A stretch of 64,000 nucleotides of DNA from the human T2T-CHM13v2.0 reference genome, Homo sapiens, in NCBI RefSeq assembly GCF_009914755.1, contig NC_060933.1; one strand, 5' to 3'. The notes under the pieces were generated by a model. The model did no database searches, was not told the DNA's origin, and saw only the letters and a list, made by a program, of their open reading frames with translations. A program made the position numbers and the translations under genes. The first letter of the stretch is position 1, and each line of letters begins with the position of its first letter. Below are positions 57,068 to 64,000 of the stretch, one piece after another.

Positions 57068-60000
57068 CAATGAGATTTTCTAATGCCGGGCATGGATGAT
57101 AGGTGTTTTTGTTCTTGGCTTGCTCCCTGGGTGCTGAAATAGTCAGGATTAGGACAGCGGACCATGGAGAAAGTGCCCAGATGTGCTGGTACCTGCAGCT
57201 CAGGACAAAGGGAGGCAGCGTGAATGACACGTTCTTTTATTTGGGTTCTTGCTGCTCCCACGTTACTGTCACAATATTTTCTGTGGAGTTGAAAAGCAAA
57301 TGCCCCAAGGCAAGCACAGAGGGTGCAGGGGTTGGGGTGTCCCGAGGGTGGGGCTGTGGGCGGGCCTGGACCCCCTGCACTGCGGCTCCTCCTCTGTCCC
57401 TGGGGTTCCGTCCTCCTTGGTGGCCTGCAGGGCCTCTGTCCACTGCCGGGCCACCAACTAGGCTACAGAGACACGGTGACGGTCAGGTTTCTCAGGTCCC
57501 CCGGGCTAAGGAACACGTGAGCCTTTCAGCCACCACGTTGACCACACATGCGACAAAGGCAGAGGGGCCGCCTGGTCACGGAGGACGAGCAGCCCTTTGC
57601 CCCGTCTCCTGGAGGCTGGCGCTCAAATGAGTAAACCCAGGGAGTCCTGAGATTCTTCCTGCTCAGACACAATGCCCTAGTGAGGTCGCTTCCTGACACG
57701 AGTTTAAAGGATGCACACGTGTTATAAATCTTAGAAAGCTGGAAGAGGGGAGAAAATCACTTCCAATCCCACCTCCCCAGTGACTCACTCGCGAGTTGGA
57801 ACAGTTTCCTTCCTGTCTTTTTTCTAACAGAGCATCTTACGTGGATGCAGTGACAAAGATGCGTCATCCGCCTGCGACCGAAGGAAGCTGCGGGAAGAAC
57901 ACCCAAGGGCCTTGTGGCATCTCTCCTGCGCCCTGCACTTCCCTGGGGCCAATGCCAAGGGCAAGGCCAGCCGTGGCGGGCAGCAGCCCCTCTGCTGGAC
58001 ACGGCGCCTGCCCCAAGGCCAAGGCTCCAAACTCGGCCCCCTACTGAGCATCTGATTTCCTGAGTCCCCCTCCGAGGGCTCCAGGATTTGACCTCACATT
58101 TCCCGCCCGCCTAAGTCTGTGTGCTTTTAGGCCTGTGTGGCCTTCCCTGTCTGTGCCCTCAGTCTACCTGGACGCTGCCATCCTTCAAAACCCAGCCCAG
58201 TCCCACCTCCTGAAGGATGAAGGGGCCCTGCCCGCCTGGCCTCCAGGGCGTCTTGGGCCAGGGCAGCCGCAGTGGTCCCTGCATGTCCCCGTCACAGAGG
58301 GTGCCTGTCCTGAAGGAGTGCAGTCATCCCAACAGGCCTCGGCCCTCTCTGGCCACCGAGGCTCCCTCGCCCTTCCGGGTTGGGCTCAGCAGAGGCTCTT
58401 GGGGCTCAACTGGAGTGAACCGAGTCGCGGATGGTGGAAGTGAGGGGTACTTGGCCATGGAGGCCCAGGGCTTGGCAGGGGGGCCCAGGGCGCATTCCTG
58501 GAGGGGCCGCTTCCCGGGAAAGGTCGCGCTGTGTTTGTGTTCCGGCTCTTTCCTCCGCCTGAGTTCCTCCGAGGCCCTGGCTTATCTGAACACAGGACCC
58601 TGTGTGCCACGGCATGCACCATGTCACGGTGAATGTCACACAAACAGGAACGTGCCTGGAGGCCGCCTGGACCTGTCCTCCCGCCCATCAGCTGCCAAGG
58701 TGATGCTGTGGACATGGCCGTCCCCACTTGCTTCCCCACTTATGGAGCTCCTCATGGGCTCAACACCCCCTTCCAGAAGGCTGGCCCCAGGAGGGGAGTC
58801 GCCGGCATCTGGAAGCCTGGCAGGCCTCCGCAGCGTGGCCAGCATGGGGTCCATGAGTCAGGGGGTGGAAGAGGCCCCGTGACATGGGGAACACACTAAG
58901 CTCCTAGCCCAGCTCTTCTCCTGGAGGACCGGATGCCCTCGCTCTGCCGCTGGGGAAGGAGTGCGCAGGGGGCTTGAGGCCAGCAAAGGAACTGCCCCCC
59001 AAATCTTACTCCGGGATCGGCACTTTCCTGGAAGACCCCAGGAGTAAGGAGAAGGAAGAGCAGCGGGGAGGGAGGGAGTCCCAAGCCAGGTGCCACAGAG
59101 ATGGGGCAGCGTGACCCTGTCCAGGTCACCTCCTGGGAAACTGAGGCCCAGCCAGGCAGAACTGGGTCTCCTGGTTCCAGCCACCACCCACCACTCAGGC
59201 AGCTGCCACCTGGGAGGCAGGAGATGTCTGAGGTGGGGTCTTCATACCACGAGCCACATGGAGGGAGGCCACGATCTCCGTCCTCCCACCTGCACACACA
59301 CCCTCCCCCAGGTGAGCACTAGGAAGCCCTCTCTGGGGTGGGGGTGGATGCTAATGTTCTGTGCAGCTCTTTGGTTCAGTGAGTCCTTTTTGGTGAAAGG
59401 GCTCAGAGATGCGGCTAAAGCCTGTGCCAGCCTTGCACTCCCATGAGGTTGCTGTTACCCTCATGCCACTTTCTTGGGAGAGGAAGGTGAGGCTGGAAAT
59501 GGTAAGGGGCTGAGCTCACTCAGAGGCTAGCACGACCCCAGGCTCACACCTGCCAGCAATGTTAAGAGGCACTGGGAGCTGAGAAGGGCTGAGGGTGCCA
59601 CGCTGGGGTTGGCCAGGTCCAACCTGCCCCCTCCTTTGAGGCCCTCTCCTTCCTTCCTGTGCTGGCCTTTGGAGCCCACGGTTTCAGCATCCATCACGGA
59701 CCCCACCGCACACCCAAGCGCTGCTGAGGACTTTAACTCCTGCTTTGGAATTTTCAGTGCTTCTGATTATTCGTAGACTCAAAATCAGAAGAGGCTACTT
59801 GCCCTAAACAGAACATGGTATATTTGCATTGCAGATCATTTTACATTTTTAAGAAAAAATGCAGTTTCTCTACAAAGTCATCCCCCTCCAAAAACAAAAC
59901 AAAACAAAAAACCTCCCTAGGGATTTTGACAGGGCTGCCATCAGGCGTGTGACTGATTTGGGGATAATTCCCCCATCCCTTTGCTTTCCATTACCCTGTG

Positions 60001-62049
60001 GCCCCCGCGTCCTTCAGGGCAGGTGGCCTTGCCTTGTGAGCATCCTGCCCGTTTGGGGGCATTTCCTGGGCACCTGGTAGAGCCGTAGGTGAGAATGGCC
60101 CCAGTGGTACTGGGCAGATGTGAGCACAGGGACAATGTTAGTGCAGGAAGTCAGGGGCCCGTCAGGGCTGTTGGTGGCTGACGCGGCATCCATTCCCCTC
60201 CCCGCATCCCCCCAACACACCCGCACCCTCATGGATGGTGACTGCACTCCCCACTCCAGGGCTTGTCTGATTGATCTAATGGGGCGCCGTCCCTCTGGTC
60301 TGTGATTGCTCTGGAATGAGCCACGGAGCCCAGAGAAGGAACATGCAGAGGGCATCTGAGAACTGCAGCAGGGGACCCAGTTGGGATGAGGCAGCCCTGG
60401 GGACCTTGAGGAGAGAGGCAGGAAGTGCCCAGTCCTTGACACCATCCCCGAAGCCTGCCCCACGCCTGGACTCCAGCCAAGGCATGTAAGGCCAGGTGGA
60501 CTCAGCAGTGTGAGGCAAAGCACGGTGCCCGGCTTGGATGCCACATGTGTTGAGCCAGCTGTGCTGTGGACAGGGCGCTGTGGACAGGGCACAGCAGACA
60601 GGCGGGGGATGTAGGCATCGGGAGGGGGAGTCATGGCTGGTGAGAGCACCCCTGGAGCGGGAAGTGCTGGGCAGCGAGAGGTCAGGGAGGCATGGGGGCT
60701 TGGGACGGCCACCAGCCACATCAGAGCAGCACTGCTGCTGATTCCCAGCAACATGGAATGAGGCCCCTTGGCAAAGTAACAGAACGTATCTTTGAAATGG
60801 CAGCAGCTGATCTTTAAAACAGAGGCAAGCCGTTCCTGTCTCAAAACGTTTAAATCCTCACCCCAAACCATTATGCGGCTCACTGCACCCGTGGAAAGCC
60901 AACATCAATACCTGCGTGCATGCTGGCCTCCCTGGCATGGGCATTCTTTGAGGTTGCTGGCTCAAAGCCCCCAGCACTGCCAGAGGGGGAAACCGGCAAA
61001 CCCAGGAACTCCAAGGCTCAGCTCAACAGCCACACCCTTCCGTAGGCCAAAGGAAGCAAGAGCTTTTTCTTTCTCACTGTTCTCAGGGATTCATTGTTTT
61101 TGTTTCTGTTTTTTGTTTTGTTTTGTGTTTTGGGAAGGGGACCACGTCACAGGTTACTATAGAAACAACGCCTGAACTAGATGGATGACGAAGCTGTTAT
61201 TCCTCGGGGAGGCTCTTCAACTTGAACCAATTGTGGGGCCATTCTTTAGAAAACGGCTGTTTTTGCTCTGGGAACATTTTTAAATTATTTCTTCTTCCTT
61301 TGCCTCAGATGGGAGGAGCATCGCGCTACTGGATCACCTCTAATCATTTTTTCCTTTTTTTCTTTTTTTTATCCAAAGCCCAGCTGGCCCATCACAGGGT
61401 CATGTGTGAAAAGAGGGCTCCATGCAGGTGTTCAGAAGAATGTTTTCAGTTTGTACTCATCTCAGAAAATGCTTCTGAAATGATGTTAATAAAGAAAACA
61501 AGATGCCAATGTGCACATTCAGCCTGGGCCTCACGCAGCCTGGGGAAAATGTGCCAAAATGTCAGCATGGAAAGGATTCACAGTGATCTCTAATTTCTTT
61601 CTCAGACCTTTATCAAGTTCTTACTATTTATGTGTTTGTTTATGGAGATGGGGTCTCACTTTGTTACCCAGGCTGGTCTTGAACTCCTGGGCTCAAGCGA
61701 TCCTCCCGCCTCCACCTCCTAAAGCGTTGGGATTAAAGGTGTGAGCCTCCATGCCGGGCATTACTTTTTAAGAGCATATATAACTTAGCCACGAGAAAAA
61801 CAGCAGCATTTTTCAGCAACAACAAAAGGGAGAGAGATGAGAGAAAGGCCCCCAGAGCTGGGCAGGGTTGGGGGAAGAACCGTGGGCAGTGGGAGCAGCG
61901 ACCCCAAATTCAGCCCCGGGCCCCGCCTCCAGGCCAGCTCCTGGCAGGGTGGCCCCACCAGGGTGAAGGGCGGCTGTCCGCGGCCTCCAGGTCACCAGCA
62001 GGGCCTGGCTTATGATCTATGAACCCCCGGCCGATCTAGAGGTTAGGGC

Positions 62050-62290
62050 TCTAGATGGGGCGGGGATTCGGTTAGAGAGGGCAGGGTGGAGGGGAGGATA
62101 GACAGGAACCAGGGAGGTCCAGGCCCAGTGGGGGCTGAGCTGAGCGGGGGAGGCGGGGCCGAGAAGGGCGGGGCAGAGGAGTGGGATGAGCGTGGTTGGG
62201 GCAGGGCCAGTGGGGCAGGGTCAAGGCTGTGTTGAGGGGTAGAGTGGGCGTGGTCGGAGCGGAGCCGGTGGGCGGGACCCGGCGGTGTGG
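62050..62290. promoter_or_regulatory. GC-box (Sp/KLF) cluster
   Basis: GGGGCGGGG 62057, GGCGGGGC 62152, GGGCGGGGC 62166, GGGCGTGG 62246, GGGCGGG 62269. Confidence 0.55.
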
Positions 62291-62828
62291 AGCTGCACCC
62301 GGAGTTTGTAAGGATCAGGAAAGCTGCCTGGAGCTGGGCAGACAGGCTGACCCAGGGACCCTGACCACCTACCTGAGCTTCCACCCAGCTTCAAGGCTGT
62401 GGGGATCGTTTCTTAGCCAAGGTGAAAGGCCCTGAGCCCTCCAGTGGGCTCTGAGGGTTTGAATGTTTATTCTAAATGGGCTCCAACACGGAGTGCGCGT
62501 GCGCTCAAGGACCAGCTGGCTAGGAGCGCCTTCTCTCCCCGAGGGGATCTGGAATGTTCATCCGCGGTCTTCCCAGTGGTCCTCTCCTGAGCACCCTGGG
62601 CATGGGGTTGGGAAGTGGGCACACTTCTTCAGTGCGTGGTACTTTCTGTCCCTCCCAATGACATTGGTCTCTTCCAAATTCCCCAGGCATAGGAACAGCC
62701 ACAAGAGCCAACTCACATTTCCCAAAGCCCTCTGGGGGCACGGCAGCGCCCTGGGCAGAGGAGAGAACTGCCCAGCTCAGCGGGGAGAAATCCCAGTGGT
62801 GCTTTCCGTTCCCCCCAGGCTCGATGAC

Positions 62829-62855
62829 TGCCATACTTACCAGCTGGGGGCGCTG
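62829..62855 (+). promoter_or_regulatory. Candidate CTCF site
   Basis: CCAGCTGGGGGCGCTG (62840-62855) has one mismatch to CCAGCAGGGGGCGCTG and is preceded by TGCCATAC, resembling the upstream motif. Confidence 0.55.
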
Positions 62856-62949
62856 GTGAGCACTGCCAGTCTCCAGCGCCCGCCCTTACCCCGGGGCAGT
62901 GCTGCTTACAGCACGGCGACTCCTAAAGGCAAGGAGTTAAAGGCACACG

Positions 62950-63369
<420 letters not shown>

Positions 63370-63692
63370 TCATCATCCTCCCCACAGCCCTGAAAGTTCT
63401 GTAACTCCACTTTAGGGATCAGGGATTCCCGACTCAGGCCCTGAGCTGTTTCTGGAGCTTTCACTCTGGGCGGTGTGGGGGAGGGGGCCCCTGCGGCCTT
63501 CAGGTCTGGGCACTGTCCAGGACACCAGGGCTAGCCCTGAGTCCGGCCACCTGAGATTCTGAGGCTGCCCTCTCTTGAGCCCACGGTGCTGACTGGGGGT
63601 CCCTCGTCTGGCAAACTCAGCTATGGGCACAAAGTCGGGACAACAAAATGGTGTGCACAGAATGACTCATTTCATGTTTTTAAAAACCTTTT

Positions 63693-64000
<308 letters not shown>

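Noticed and set aside
60060-60080. FLGTW* resembling a lipocalin exon-2 motif (possible third lipocalin relic)
   Set aside because: No AG acceptor before it, an immediate stop, no other lipocalin-like exons nearby, and opposite strand to the two genes
57100-61600. GC-rich ORFs of up to 289 aa as possible ABO/GT6 glycosyltransferase relics
   Set aside because: No DxD-context or other GT6 family motif recognised in the translations; a TBLASTN with ABO, GBGT1 and GLT6D1 would be needed to exclude weak remnants

Overview
Human (or near-identical great-ape) genomic DNA. By gene content I recognise it as the 9q34.2 interval between GBGT1/RALGDS and ABO; this placement is from recall, not a search. 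It holds two minus-strand lipocalin loci in tandem. OBP2B has 7 exons and an intact 170-aa CDS (32783->29502). LCN1P1 is nominally a pseudogene, yet its six coding exons splice with GT-AG sites into an intact 176-aa ORF (52174->48505); its UTR exon 7 appears to be replaced by a sense-oriented L1 3' end. The left 6 kb is a decayed class I ERV (gag-pro-pol-env, minus strand) lacking its 5' LTR. The most unexpected structure is at 6.2-14.0 kb: two tandem, exon-scrambled fossil copies of RALGDS pieces (Pro/Ala/Glu-rich exon, last exon plus 3'UTR, two RA-domain-proximal exons), the second fused directly into ERV gag. The rest is about 30 Alus, old L1s, LTRs, several VNTRs (including a 1.3-kb 28-bp array), a CpG-rich patch at 23-24 kb and a GC-box/CTCF-like site at 62-63 kb. 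Repeat subfamily names and boundaries are by eye and approximate.
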